From Octopus sinensis (Eukaryota): a stretch of 64,000 nucleotides of DNA. The position numbers and the translations under genes are program-made. The notes under the pieces are model-generated. The model made no database searches. It was given only the letters and a program-made list of their open reading frames with translations, and was not told the DNA's origin. This document shows, in pieces, positions 12,445 to 24,700 of this stretch (positions are counted from its first letter, which is position 1; the number at the start of each line of letters is the position of its first letter). The DNA is taken from assembly GCF_006345805.1 (NCBI RefSeq), contig NW_021833433.1, positions 10,917 through 74,916 of the forward strand. The letters run 5' to 3'.

Positions 12445-12935
12445 CTTGGAACCCCTATCTTGCTCAGAACACTGACCTCCTGGAATCTGTTCAGAGATGT
12501 GCAACCAAACGCATACCCTCCATCAGATACCTACCATACTCTGAGCGCCTTGTTTCCCTGGGCATGGATTCACTGAAGCTCCGGCGTCTGGCGATGGACT
12601 TGGTAAACACCCACAAAGTTATCAACCACCTCACCAACAACAACACTGAACAACTTTTTGATCTCATGTGTCCAACACATGTGGACATGCCTACAAGTCA
12701 GAAAAAGCACAGCTCCCATGACTTTCGGAAACATTTTTTCACGCTCAGAGTTGCTGAAGCATGGAACAAACTGCCTGCATCAGTTGTTGACTGCCATGAC
12801 ACTGCATCCTTTAAGGCCCTCATGCTTTCTGAAATCCGCCGAAACTACACCTGATTATACATACACTTTAGATGAGTTGTAGTGCACCTGAGCACTGTAC
12901 ACAATGTTTTTATTATTATTATTATTATTATTATC
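12445..12935 (+). mobile_element. CR1-clade LINE 3' fragment, second family
   Basis: WNPYLAQNTDLLESVQRCATKRIP.IRYLPYSERL..LGMDSLKLRRL..DL...RKHFFTLRVAEAWNKLP, with an (ATT)n tail. Confidence 0.9.
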
Positions 12936-13372
12936 ATCAACATCAAGGTGGTGAGCTGGTAGAATCGCTAGCACACCAGGTGAAATGCTTAGCAGTATAT
13001 CATCTGTCCTTGCGTTCAGAGTTCAGATTCTGACAGGGTGAACCTTGCCTTTCATCCTTTCACGTTGCCTCAGTTCACTCAGCTGTAGAAATGAGTTGTG
13101 ACATCACTGGTGCCAAGCTGTATCGGCCCCTTTGCCTTTCCCTTGGATAACATCAGTGGCATGGAGAGGAAGAGACTGGTATGCACCGGGCAATTGCTGG
13201 TCTTCCAGACATCCTTGCCCAGACTTCTGCCTCAGAGAGGAAACTGTGAAGGTGCAATTTTATGGTCCTTCTCGATGAAAAAAATTAAGGTTTGGGGCTT
13301 ATAATCTTTAATATTAAACTATTTTCTTCAGTTATTGCACAGTGATCATTTGTAAGATTTAAGCTTATAAAA

Positions 13373-13403
<31 letters not shown>

Positions 13404-13415
13404 TACAGATATATA

Positions 13416-15165
13416 GGCGTAGGAGTGGCTGTGTGGTAAGTAGCTTGCTTACGAACCACATGGTTCCGGGTTCAGTCCCACTGCGTGGCACCTTGGGCAA
13501 GTGTCTTCTACTATAGCCTCGGGCCGACCAAAGCCTTGTGAGTGGATTTGGTAGATGGAAACTGAAAGAAGCCCGTCATATATATGTTTATATATATATG
13601 TATGTGTATATGTTTGTGTGTCTGTGTTTGTCCCCCCCCCCCAACATCACTTGACAACCGATGCTGGTGTATTTATGTCCCCGTTACTTAGCGGTTCGGC
13701 AAAAGTGACCGATAGAATAAGTACTAGGCTTACAATGAATAAGTCCTGGGGTCGATTTGCTCGACTAAAAAGGTGGTGCTCCAGCATGGCCGCAGTCAAA
13801 TGACTGAAACAAGTAAAAGAGTAAAGAGTTGGCTGTGTGGTAAGTAGCTTGCCTACCAACCACATGGTTCTGGGTTCAGTCCCACTGCGTGGCATCTTGG
13901 GCAAGTGTCTTCTACTATAGCCTCGGGCCGACCAAGGCCTTGTGAGTGGATTTGGTAGACGGAAACTGAAAGAAGCCCGTTGTATATATATCTGTGTGTG
14001 TGTGTATATGCTTGTATGTGTTTGTTCCCCACCATTGCTTGACAACCGATGCTGGTGTGTTTATGTCCCCTGTAACTTAGCAGTTCGGCAAAAAGAGACC
14101 GACAGAATAAGTACTAGGCTTACAAAGAATAGAATAAGTCCTGGGGTCAATTTGCTCGACTAAAAAGGCGATGCTCCAGCATGGCCGCAGTCAAATGACT
14201 GAAACAAGTAAAAGAGTAAAGAGTTGGCTGTGTGGTAAGTAGCTTGCCTACCAACCACATGGTTCTGGGTTCAGTCCCACTGCGTGGCATCTTGGGCAAG
14301 TGTCTTCTGCTATAGCCTTGGGCCGACCAATGCCTTGTGAGTGGATTTGGTAGACGGAAACTGAAAGAAGCCTGTCGTATATATGTATATATATATGTAT
14401 GTGTATGTGTATATGTTTGTGTGTCTGTGTTTGTCCCCCAACATCGCTTGACAACTTATTTATTTTTTGGAATCTTCAGAAAATTATTACGTTCGAAAAT
14501 TTTACCAATTTTTTTTACACAAAGTAAATAATTTTTTTAAACAAACTGGAAGAAGCCCGTCATATATATGTATATGTGTGTATATGTTTGTATGCCTGTG
14601 TTTGTCCCCCCCAACATCGCTTGACAACCGATGCTGGTGTGTTCGGCAAAAGAGATCGATAGAATAAGTACTAGGCTTAAAAAGAATAAGTCCTGGGGTC
14701 GAGTTGCTCAACTAAAAAGGTGGTGCTCCACCATGGCCAGTCAAATGACTGAAACAAGTTGGCTGTGTGGTAAGTAGCTTGCTAACCAACCACATGGTTC
14801 TGGGTTCAGTCCCACTGCGTGGCATCTTGGGCAAGTGTCTTCTGCTATAGCCTTGGGCCGACCAATGCCTTGTGAGTGGATTTGGTAGACGGAAACTGAA
14901 AGAAGCCTGTCGTATATATGTATATGTATATATGTATGTGTATATGTTTGTATGTCTGTGTTTGTCCCCCTAGCATTGCTTGACAACCGATGCTGGTGTG
15001 TTTACGTTCACGTAACTCAGCGGTTCGGCAAAAGAGACCGATAGAATAAGTACTGGGCTTACAAAGAATAGAATAAGTCCAGGGGTCGATTTGCTCGACT
15101 AAAAAGGCGGTGCTCCAGCATGGCCGCAGTAAAATTACTGAAACAAGTAAAAGAGTAAAAACGAG
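13416..15165 (+). mobile_element. Head-to-tail array of about five CORE-type SINE units (family B)
   Basis: Repeated ggctgtgtggtaagtagcttgc...cactgcgtggca(c/t)cttgggcaag (CORE-like ACCTTGGGCAAG)...(TA/TG)n...gtcaaatgactgaaacaagtaaaagag. Units start at about 13416, 13829, 14224, 14546 (3' half only) and 14759. Confidence 0.9.
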
Positions 15166-15207
15166 TATATATATATATATATATATATATGCGTATAGAT
15201 CACTCAC

Positions 15208-15524
15208 CTGTATATGCATACTGCACAAGTGCACTTAGTGCATCAGCATCAACATCCTTCATCTTCACCTCATCCATTTTGGCTTCACGGACGTCATTGG
15301 TGAACATAGCAGCAAAGTAGTCGGAGGCGACACTGAGCACCAGCCGGTGGGCAGGGATACGTTTCTGACCCGCGATCAGGGTCACGTCGCACAGTGTGCG
15401 CTTGCACACGTAGCCCTCCATCTTGCACATCATGCGCTCCGAGTGGTTCATCGAGCGATATACGTCGCCGAGCTCGTCCATCTTGTTGCTCTGATAGTTG
15501 GCATAGGTGTGGTTGACCAGGTAC
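15208..15524 (-). CDS. KLHL5: Internal coding exon of a kelch-like protein, BTB/POZ domain (KLHL1/4/5 group)
   Basis: Translates as YLVNHTYANYQSNKMDELGDVYRSMNHSERMMCKMEGYVCKRTLCDVTLIAGQKRIPAHRLVLSVASDYFAAMFTNDVREAKMDEVKMKDVDADALSALVQYAYTG. The LCDV...IPAHRLVLS..SDYFAAMFT..V.EA...E...YTG pattern is the KLHL1/4/5 BTB signature. Acceptor is a polypyrimidine tract + CAG (AG at 15526-15525); donor is ACAG|GTGAGT (GT at 15207-15206). The symbol is a best guess among vertebrate co-orthologs. Confidence 0.9.
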
Positions 15525-15795
15525 CTGGGGTGAGGAGAGAGAGAGGGAGAGAGTGAGTCAGATGTAGATGTTATGAATGTTGGTCAAACAGAGAGCAATA
15601 GAGAAAGACAAGACAATATACAAGTAATTGGATGATGAACACCTGACACACAGACAGACAGGTAGGTACCTGGGGTGAGGAGATAGAGAGGGAGAGAGGG
15701 AGTCAGAATGTTGGTCAAACAGAGAGCAATAGAGAAAGTAAGACATACAAGTAATTGGATGATGAACACCTGACACACAGACAGACAGGTAGGTA
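15520..15795. repeat. Tandem duplication (145 and ~130 bp) containing the exon's 3' splice site
   Basis: ggtacctggggtgaggaga...cacagacagacaggta occurs at 15520-15664 and 15665-15795. Confidence 0.92.
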
Positions 15796-15949
15796 TGTAG
15801 GTAAGCATGTTATTGACCAAGTATCTGGGGTAGAAAGCTTGAGAGATACAGTTATGTAAGATGGATCTATCCACCCTACATGGGACAAAATGTGTTTGGC
15901 CTCTTAATACAACTAAATAGCAGTGTTTGGACAGGACAAGAGGGAATCC

Positions 15950-16379
15950 AGTCTTCACACACACACACACACAGGCACATGGATATGTATACACAAACTA
16001 TCTTGGACAGGCAAATGGATATATAGACACACACACACATACACACATAAACACAGTCTGTCTTCAACAGGCAGATGAATGTGTACACACACACACACAC
16101 AAACATACATACATACACACAGTATCTTGGGCAGGCAGATGGCTATGTAGACACACACATACACACACAAACATACATATACATACACTATCTTAGACAG
16201 GCAGATGGAAATGTAGACACACACACAAACACACAAACATACACACACACACACAAACATACATACACAAACATACACACACACACACACACACATAGAC
16301 ACAAACACATACACACAAACACATACACACAAGCATACACACACAAGCATACACACACAAACACACACACACACACAAG

Positions 16380-16421
<42 letters not shown>

Positions 16422-16534
16422 AGCATAACACACACACACACACACACAAACATACACACACACACAAGCATACACACAACACCCCACACACACACACCAA
16501 ACATACACACACACACAAGCATACACACACACAC

Positions 16535-16568
<34 letters not shown>

Positions 16569-16926
16569 TACACACACAAACATACACACACACACAAGCA
16601 TACACACACAAACACACACACAAGCATACACACACAACATACATACACACACACCACACAAACATACACACACAAAATACGCAAACAACACCACACACAA
16701 ACACACACACACAAACATACACACACACACAAACACACACACACACACAACACCACACACACAACACCACAACACAAACACACACACACACACCAAACAC
16801 ACCACACACACAAACACACAAACATCACACACAAACACACACACACAAACACACCACAAAACACACACACACAAACACACACAAACATACACACACAAAC
16901 ACACACACACAAACACACACACACAA

Positions 16927-16957
<31 letters not shown>

Positions 16958-17030
16958 AACATACACACACAAACATACACAGATGCAAAATAAATAAACA
17001 CAGCAACACACATTTCAACTGACAGACATA
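15950..17030. repeat. Long imperfect (CA)n microsatellite
   Basis: Direct inspection. Confidence 0.95.
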
Positions 17031-17281
17031 CAAAAACTACCAGCCATATATATATATACAGCAGTCTAGGTGATTAGCTTCATGGTTAGGGTGTCAGACT
17101 CACGATCGCAAGATTGCGGTTTCAATTCCTGGACCGGGCGATGTATAGTGTTCTTGGGCAAAACTCTTCATTTTCACATTATTCCAGGCCACGCAGCTGG
17201 CAAAAATGAATAGGGGAATACGTATGCCACTGGCCCTTTACGCCCCTATGGCCCAGGAAGAAGCTTTTAGCTTTCCCTTTT

Positions 17282-17313
<32 letters not shown>

Positions 17314-17749
17314 GCTGAATAAACAGAGGTACACACACAAATTATACACGTGATCCTTTAAATTAACTAAAATTCACATCTGACTCATTAATACAATTAA
17401 GGGAGAGGCACACCACCACCACCACCACCATCCCGACCGCACCCCCTCTCCTCCCCTACAACACCTAGATCCCTTTACACCGCCACCACCACCACCACAG
17501 CCTTTACACCTCTTTCATAGTCTTTACAGGAAGTAGGGATATTTCAGGAAATAATGGTGATGTGATGGTGGTGGTGTTGGAGTGGAGCGAGGGAGGCGAG
17601 AGAGCACTGCCAGGGTGGCATAGGGGTGGCGGGGTATTGTAGTGGCAGTGAAGTACATTACAGGTTAAGGAACAGCAGCTGGGTTACTAAAACCAAGGTG
17701 TGATGGAGAAAGCAATGGTGGGGATGATCACAGCTGGGGCTAAACAAGG

Positions 17750-18740
17750 AAGGGCACATTGGATAATGTAGTCCTAGATACACTATGTCAATGTAAGATA
17801 GGATGGTCACATCTGGAACATCTTTGATCATAGGTCTGCTGGATCAGGAATGACCCAGGGTTAAATAACATTAACAAGGAAGGACACATTGGATAATGTA
17901 GTCCTAGATACACTATGTCAGAATAAAAGACAGGGTGGTCACTCCTGGAATATCTTTGATCATAGGTTTGCTGGATCAGTTCAGACCTTGGGCTAAACAA
18001 CATCAACAAGTAAAGCCACATTGGATAATGTAGTCCTAGATACACTATGTCAGAATAAAAGACAGGATGGTCACATCTGGAACATCTTTGATCCATAGGT
18101 CTGCTGGATCAGGAATGACCTAGGGTTAAATAACACCAACAAGGAAGGACACATTAGATAATGTAGTCCTAGATACACTATGTCTGAATATAAGACAGGA
18201 TGGTCACATCTGGAACATCTTTGATCATAGGTGTGCTGGATCAGGAATGACCCAGGGTTAAATAACACCAACAAGGAAGGATACATTGGATAATGTAGTC
18301 CTAGATACACTATGCCTGAATCAAAAACAGGATGGTCACATCTGGAACATCTTTGATCATAGGTCTGCTGGATCAGGAATGGTCCAGGGTTAAATGGACC
18401 AACAAGGTAGGACACATTGGATAATGTAGTCCTAGATACACTATGTCTGAATATAAGACAGGATGGTCACATCTGGAACATCTTTGATCATAGGTCTGCT
18501 GGATCAGGAATGACCCAGGGTTAAATGGACCACACATTGGATAATGTAGTCCTAGATACACAATGTCTGAATACAAGACAGGATGGTCACATCTGGAACA
18601 TCTTTGATCATAGATCTGCTGGATCAGGAATGACACATTAGATAATGTAGTCCTAGATACACTATGTCAATGTAAGATAGGATGGTCACAGCTAGAACAC
18701 TTGATCATTGATTTGATGGGTCAGGAATGACTTAGGGTTA
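17750..18740 (+). repeat. ~131-bp minisatellite, 8 units
   Basis: The ggataatgtagtcctag anchor recurs at 17761, 17891, 18023, 18156, 18288, 18419, 18539 and 18640. Related arrays at 42335-42740 (-), 45135-45560 (+) and 58745-58930 (+). Confidence 0.92.
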
Positions 18741-20080
18741 AAGAACTACAACTGGAACCACCACCACCACCAACTACCACCATGACCACACCAGCACCAC
18801 TATCAGTAGCAGACACTACAACCACCACATACATACCACTACACAGCACAACCCACCACCACCCTAATACTACCACAATAACCCTTATCACTAATGCTAC
18901 ATTACATGACTGCCACTACTACATCAACTACATCCTATACTGCAATTACAACTACAAACAAAACCAACACCACCGCTACAACAACCAACACATTAGGACC
19001 CCTATCATTACCACCACTACTACTACTGCCACACCTCACCACCACCACCACCATTCCCATTTTTGTCCTACAACTTCTACCACCACCTCACCATCCCCTA
19101 CTGCTACCCACTACAACTCCCACCTCCCCCACCACCATCGCCTTTAGCATCACCCACTTGTATACATCCAACCACCACCACCGCCACAGCATGACTAACC
19201 ACCGCCTCCCTAGCCCGCCTGCCCACCCAGCCCCCCAAAGTTAATTGGTGTGTGAAGATAGTTAAAGCAGAGAGAGGAATTTGAACTCGTTGCGTCACAG
19301 TTCACTGCTCAACTTTGTAGGACAGGGTACTGCTACTGGTTGTGGTGGTGGTGGGCAGGGATGGCAGCGATAGTGAGAGGAACCAGATTTCACAATGAAC
19401 ATCACTGAAATGCAGACACCCCTACCATGCCCCCATCTCCACCTACACAACCGACAAATATTAGTTAACACCACTACATACATCTACTTATACTGTTGTG
19501 GTTACAACATACTGTTACCTACACTGCCACTGTATGCAACGGAATGAACATCACATACTACCATCTATGGTTCTCAGCCATCTTTTATCTATGCACCCCT
19601 TTGATTACAATTTTATTCCTGGTGGAGACCCTTTACATATATATAATATTTTTTCTTTCGTTCTGGCTTAACAGCTCTCAATGTCTGTTACTGTTATTCT
19701 CCTTGTCCTGTCCTTTACTGTTTATATTTTGTACTGTCGTTACTGTCCTGTTTTTGTTTCCATTTTTACCCCTCCGCAAAAAAATCTCAAATTTTATTTA
19801 ATTTGATTTTCGCGGGAAGGAATGTTTCATTAAAGTCATGTCTCGCCTTGACCTTCAAAACGCGGAGTAGATGAAACAAAGGCGACTGAAGAAGGGGAAT
19901 TTTCCTTGTTTTGTATGTCCTGTACTCTATTTTTTCGTTGTTTAAGAAAAATGTCCATTTCCTTGGTTTTGTGTTCGACTTTTTTCTGACGTCCTGTACC
20001 CATATATGCATGTATATATACATGTAGAGGTAGGTACGTACATATATGTAGATAAATTAGATAGAGATAGATAGATAGAT

Positions 20081-20145
<65 letters not shown>

Positions 20146-20359
20146 TAGATAAATAGACAGATAGATAGATATACAGAGATAGATAAATAGATAGATAGAG
20201 ATATATGATATGCATCTTTCATTCCTATGTACTAGTGTAGCTCAAATCTACAGAAAGCGAAAGATGAAGACAGGTGAAGGAAAAACAAGCAGGTTTATTT
20301 GAGGACTCTGAAGAAGAGTCGGAGAGAGAAAACTACATACACACACACACACATATATT

Positions 20360-20545
20360 CATCATCATCATTGTTTAACGTCCGTATCTATGCTAGCATG
20401 GGTTGGACGGTTCGACCGGGGATCTGGGAAGCCAGAAGGCTGCACCAGGCTCCAGTCTGATCTGGCAGAGTTTCTACGGCTGGATGCCCTTCCTAACGCC
20501 AACCACTCCGTGAGTGTAGTGGGTGCTTTTTACGGGCCACCTGCA
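20360..20545 (+). repeat. Abundant dispersed repeat with (CAT)n end (LINE-tail/SINE-like family D)
   Basis: catcatcat...ccatgctagcatgggttggac...ggatgcccttcctaacgccaaccac. Further copies at about 4393-4780, 7065-7260, 9840-10100, 43990-44330, 46588-47352, 53778-54150 and 62660-62972. Confidence 0.8.
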
Positions 20546-20547
20546 CA

Positions 20548-20584
<37 letters not shown>

Positions 20585-20695
20585 CACAGAAGTTTGCATC
20601 TCAACCACATGGTTCCAGGTTCAATCCCAATGTGGGGTTAAGGAGTTTGTTTCCCAACCACATGGTTTCATGTCAAGTCCTACCTATACATCTAT

Positions 20696-20745
<50 letters not shown>

Positions 20746-20775
20746 CCAAGAAGAAAGCAACAAGAATGAATTGGT

Positions 20776-20863
20776 AATTTAGTACAATTGTTTCATACTA
20801 AAACATTTTATTAAAGCTGCAAAAATTACAGCAAATATAATGTCAAGTAATCTTCAGCTAATT
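20776..20863 (-). ncRNA. Type I hammerhead ribozyme-like motif, canonical core
   Basis: Minus strand: AAUUAG-CUGAAGA-[56-nt helix II domain]-GAA-ACAAUUGU-A-CUAAAUU. Confidence 0.7.
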
Positions 20864-21969
20864 CCATATAAGTTTTCCAAACATCTTAGAGAGTGTAAAT
20901 ATACTTATAAAGTTATAGATGTGAGCTCCAGGAACTTGAAGCAGGATTCCAAGCAGACCATATATGCTTTCCAACAATACAAAGTTCTTAAATTAATTAG
21001 TGACATCCCAGAGAAGGTAAATATACTCATAAAGATGTGGATACATCTTATACATACCTATATACACACACACATCTATAAATGTTTTTATACATATAAA
21101 CGTGTGTATATGCATGTATGTATATCTATGCCTCTGTGTGCATGTGTGTGTGTGCACCTTCTATATGTTTCAGCCCAATGGCTGCGGCCATGCTGGGGCA
21201 CATACAAGTGTATGTGTACCCGCACATCTACGCATGCATGTGGGTACATACATCTTGGAATGCAATGTATATATGTATTCCATGCCCAAGTGTGTGTGTG
21301 TGTGTGTGTGTGGTGTGTTGCGTGCGAGCGCATGCGTGTCTATGCGTTTATGTGTGTCTTATGCACGTCTGCATGCCCAACCGCCCGCATGCATGCATGA
21401 GGTGCGATATGAATCTGAACAAAGACAGAGAGCATGAAAGAAAATAGGAAGTTATGCGTCATTACACTCCCACCCCTAAACCCCATCACACATCCTATCC
21501 ACCCACCCCCCCTCCCACCACCGCCTGCCCCCCCCTACATCGCAGTGCATCCAACCTTCACGCTCCCTCCCTCCCTCCCTCCTTCTCAAACAATTGTCTA
21601 GTCACTGCACGCGTGCGCGCGCACACTGCAGACCACAAGCCGACACCCACACCACCCCACCCTCTCCGGTATTCATCCTCACCCCCACCCCATTCCCGCT
21701 CCCTACACCACCCTGTCTGACTCCACCCAAGAAATATTTCTACTCAGCAACGAAATGATTCAGACCAAGGGAGGGAGGGAGAGGAGAGGGGGTGGGGGTG
21801 GCCAGAGGAAAAGACAGTGGAGGGAGAGGGTGTGAGGAAGGTGGGTGGGCAGGTGGGTAGGGGTTTGAATGAATGAAGAGGAAGGAAATGGAGGTGGAGG
21901 ATGGAGGGTGTGGGGAGAAAGAAATCATTTAATATATAAAGTATCACAGAAAATACCAAGTATGTGTGT

Positions 21970-22018
<49 letters not shown>

Positions 22019-22019
22019 G

Positions 22020-22319
22020 GATAGATAGACAGACAGACAGACAGATGGATAGCTAGATAGATAGATATACAGGTAGATAGACAGACAGACAGATAGATGG
22101 ATAGATAGACAAATAGATAGACAGGTAGATAGACAGACACACAGATAGATGGATAGACAGACAGATAGATAGACAGGTAGATAGACAGACAGACAGATAG
22201 ATGGATAGATAGACAAATAGATAGATAGATAAATAGATAGATAGAGAGATAGATAGATAGAGATAGATAGATAGATAGATAAATAGTTAGATGATAGATA
22301 GATAGATAGATAGAAAGAT

Positions 22320-22350
<31 letters not shown>

Positions 22351-22420
22351 GATGGATAGATGGATGGATGGATAGGTAGATAGATAAGATAGATAGATAG
22401 AAAGATAGATAGATAGATAG
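22020..22420. repeat. (GATA)n/(GACA)n microsatellite
   Basis: Direct inspection. Similar tracts at 26740-27360 (complement) and 39480-39990. Confidence 0.95.
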
Positions 22421-22891
22421 AATTACTCCGGCATTATTTCATAAAGTAAAAGGTAAAGACCCCCTTTGATCACAAATGAACAATGTGATTGCACTTGTGC
22501 CTACAAGACCCCTTTCGATCACAAATGACCATGTGATTGCACTTGTGCCTACAAATTATATTAAAGACCCCCTTCAGTCATGGACGACCATGGGATTGCA
22601 CCTAGAAAGTTCCCCTCCGAGGCACAAGTCTGAACAAGGTTGTTTATGGAAGACCAGCAGTCACCCATGCATACCACCTTCTTCCCTCTCCATGCCCACT
22701 GATGTTACCCAAGGGAAAGGCAAAGGCTGATACAGCTTGGCACCAGTGACATCGCAGCTCATTTCTACCCAACACTTCTACACTGTAGGGTAGGTGTGAG
22801 TGGCTGGATCAGGCTAGTTTCAACATTAAAGCAAGGTAGAATATGGCCGGCTTAAATGCTACCAGGGTTAAACTTCAAAATAATCTGTAAT

Positions 22892-23273
22892 GGAAGCACT
22901 CCGTCGGTTACGACGACGAGGGTTCCGGTTGATCCGAATCAACGGAACAGCCTGCTCGTGAAATTAACGTGTAAGTGGCTGAGCACCCACAGTCACATGC
23001 ACCCTTAACGCAGTTCTCGGGGATATTCAGCATGACACAGAGAGTGACAAGGCCGGCCCTTTGAAATACAGGTACAACAGAAACAGGAAGTAAGAGTGAG
23101 AGAAAGTTGTGGTGGAAGAGTACAGCAGGGATCACCACCATCCCTGCCGGAGCCTCGTGGAGCTTTAGGTGTTTTCGCTCAATAAACACTCACAACGCCC
23201 GGTCTGGGAATCGAAACGGTGATCCTATGACTGCGAGTCCGCTGCCCTAACCACTGGGCCATTGCACCTCCAC
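22892..23273 (-). mobile_element. Full-length SINE (family A, tail type 2) with TSD
   Basis: tRNA head at the right end. Flanked by AATCTGTAAT at 22882-22891 and 23274-23283. Confidence 0.9.
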
Positions 23274-23523
23274 AATCTGTAATACACACACACAGATAGA
23301 TAAAGAGTTATGTAAGATTAAAATACACGGACAGACAGATAATACATATATAATAGCACAGATTAAACTAGATACGGTATCTCAGTAACATACTTATGTA
23401 CGAACGAATGTAAATACAAGCAGGGATTTGCAGATAGGGGTCACCTACCAATTGGTATTTGTGCTAATTTGTTTGTATGCGGTGTGGGGTGGGGGCCGTC
23501 AGTTAACTGGAGTCACCCTAAAG

Positions 23524-23742
23524 CAGTGGTTTTCAACCAGGGTTCTGCGGAACCCTAAGGTTCTGCCAGTACAGTCCAGGGGTTCCGCAAGAAGTTACAA
23601 AACTGCTAAAATCGGCAGTAATTTTTAATTCTCCTGTGCAGATATGTGTGCATAAGACTATTAAATTATTGCACAGGGGTTCCTCGAGCCAGTGGAATGT
23701 TTCCTTGGGGTTCCGCACCAGCAAAAAGTTTGAAAAGCACTG
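23524..23742. mobile_element. hAT (Charlie-like) MITE
   Basis: TIRs CAGTGGTTTTCAA / TTGAAAAGCACTG. The 8-bp TSD CCCTAAAG is at 23516-23523 and 23743-23750. Confidence 0.9.
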
Positions 23743-24142
23743 CCCTAAAGAGACCCCTGTACACCATTTGATTATAGTGATAAACGCTTGTACAACTCAT
23801 GTACCACTGGGTCCCTGTTGTTAGTACCTAATGACGAAAGGGACTCAGTGGTACCGAGTGAACTGGAGCAATGTGAAATAAAGTGTCTTGCTCAAGAACA
23901 CAACACAGAGCCCAGGCCAGGAATCGAACCCTCTGCCTCGTGATTGTGAGCCCAACGCTCTAACCACCGGGCTATGCACCTTCACATTATATGTATACAG
24001 GGTAAAAAGCCCCTTCAGTCATGAATGACCATGGGGTTGCTAGTTGATACTGCTGTATTTGCATCTCTGTAACTTAGCGGTTCAGCAAAAGGAACTGATA
24101 CAATAAGTGCCAGGCTTTTAAAAGCAAGTACTGGTGTCAATA

Positions 24143-24700
24143 CTCTCTCTTTTACTCGTTTCAGTCATTTGGCTGCGGCCATGCTGGAGCACCGCCTTTT
24201 TTTTTAATCGAGCAACTTGACCCCAGTACTTATTCTATCGGTCTCTTTTGCCGAACCGCTAAGTAACGGGGACGTAAATACACCAGCATCGGTTGTCAAG
24301 CAATGCTAGGGGGACAAACACAGACACACACATATATATATATACACATACGACAGGCTTCTTTCAGTTTCTGTCTACCAAATCCACTCACAAGGCTTTG
24401 GTTGGCCCGAGGCTATAGTAGAAGACACTTGCCCAAGATGCCATGCAGTGGGACTGAACCCGGAACCATGTGGTTGGTTAGCAAGCTACTTACCACACAG
24501 CAACTCCTGCGCCTATATATATATATATACATATACATGACGGGCTTCTTTCAGTTTCCGTCTACCAAATCCACTCAGAAGGCTTTGGTTGGCCCGAGGC
24601 TATAGTAGAAGCCACTTGCCCAAGATGCCATGCAGTGGGACTGAACCCGGAACCGTGTGGTTGGTAAACAAGCTACTTACCACACAGCCACTCCTGCGCC
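24143..24700 (-). mobile_element. CORE-type SINE family B: full copy (24143-24513) plus extra 5' half (24538-24700)
   Basis: Reverse complement of the 13416 unit. Confidence 0.85.

Noticed and set aside
13555-14986. Recurrent ORFs such as MSSNARGTNT... and ...CPRCHAVGLNPEPCGW
   Set aside because: These are translations of SINE family B and recur at every copy.
17750-18740. CRISPR-like regular repeat array
   Set aside because: The units are wholly repeated with no unique spacers, the context is eukaryotic and there are no cas genes. The MITE array at 40913-41876 likewise has an invariant spacer.
20306-20335. CTGAAGAAGAG...GAAAAC
   Set aside because: Helix II cannot form. The sequence instead makes a GACTC/GAGTC hairpin across the box.
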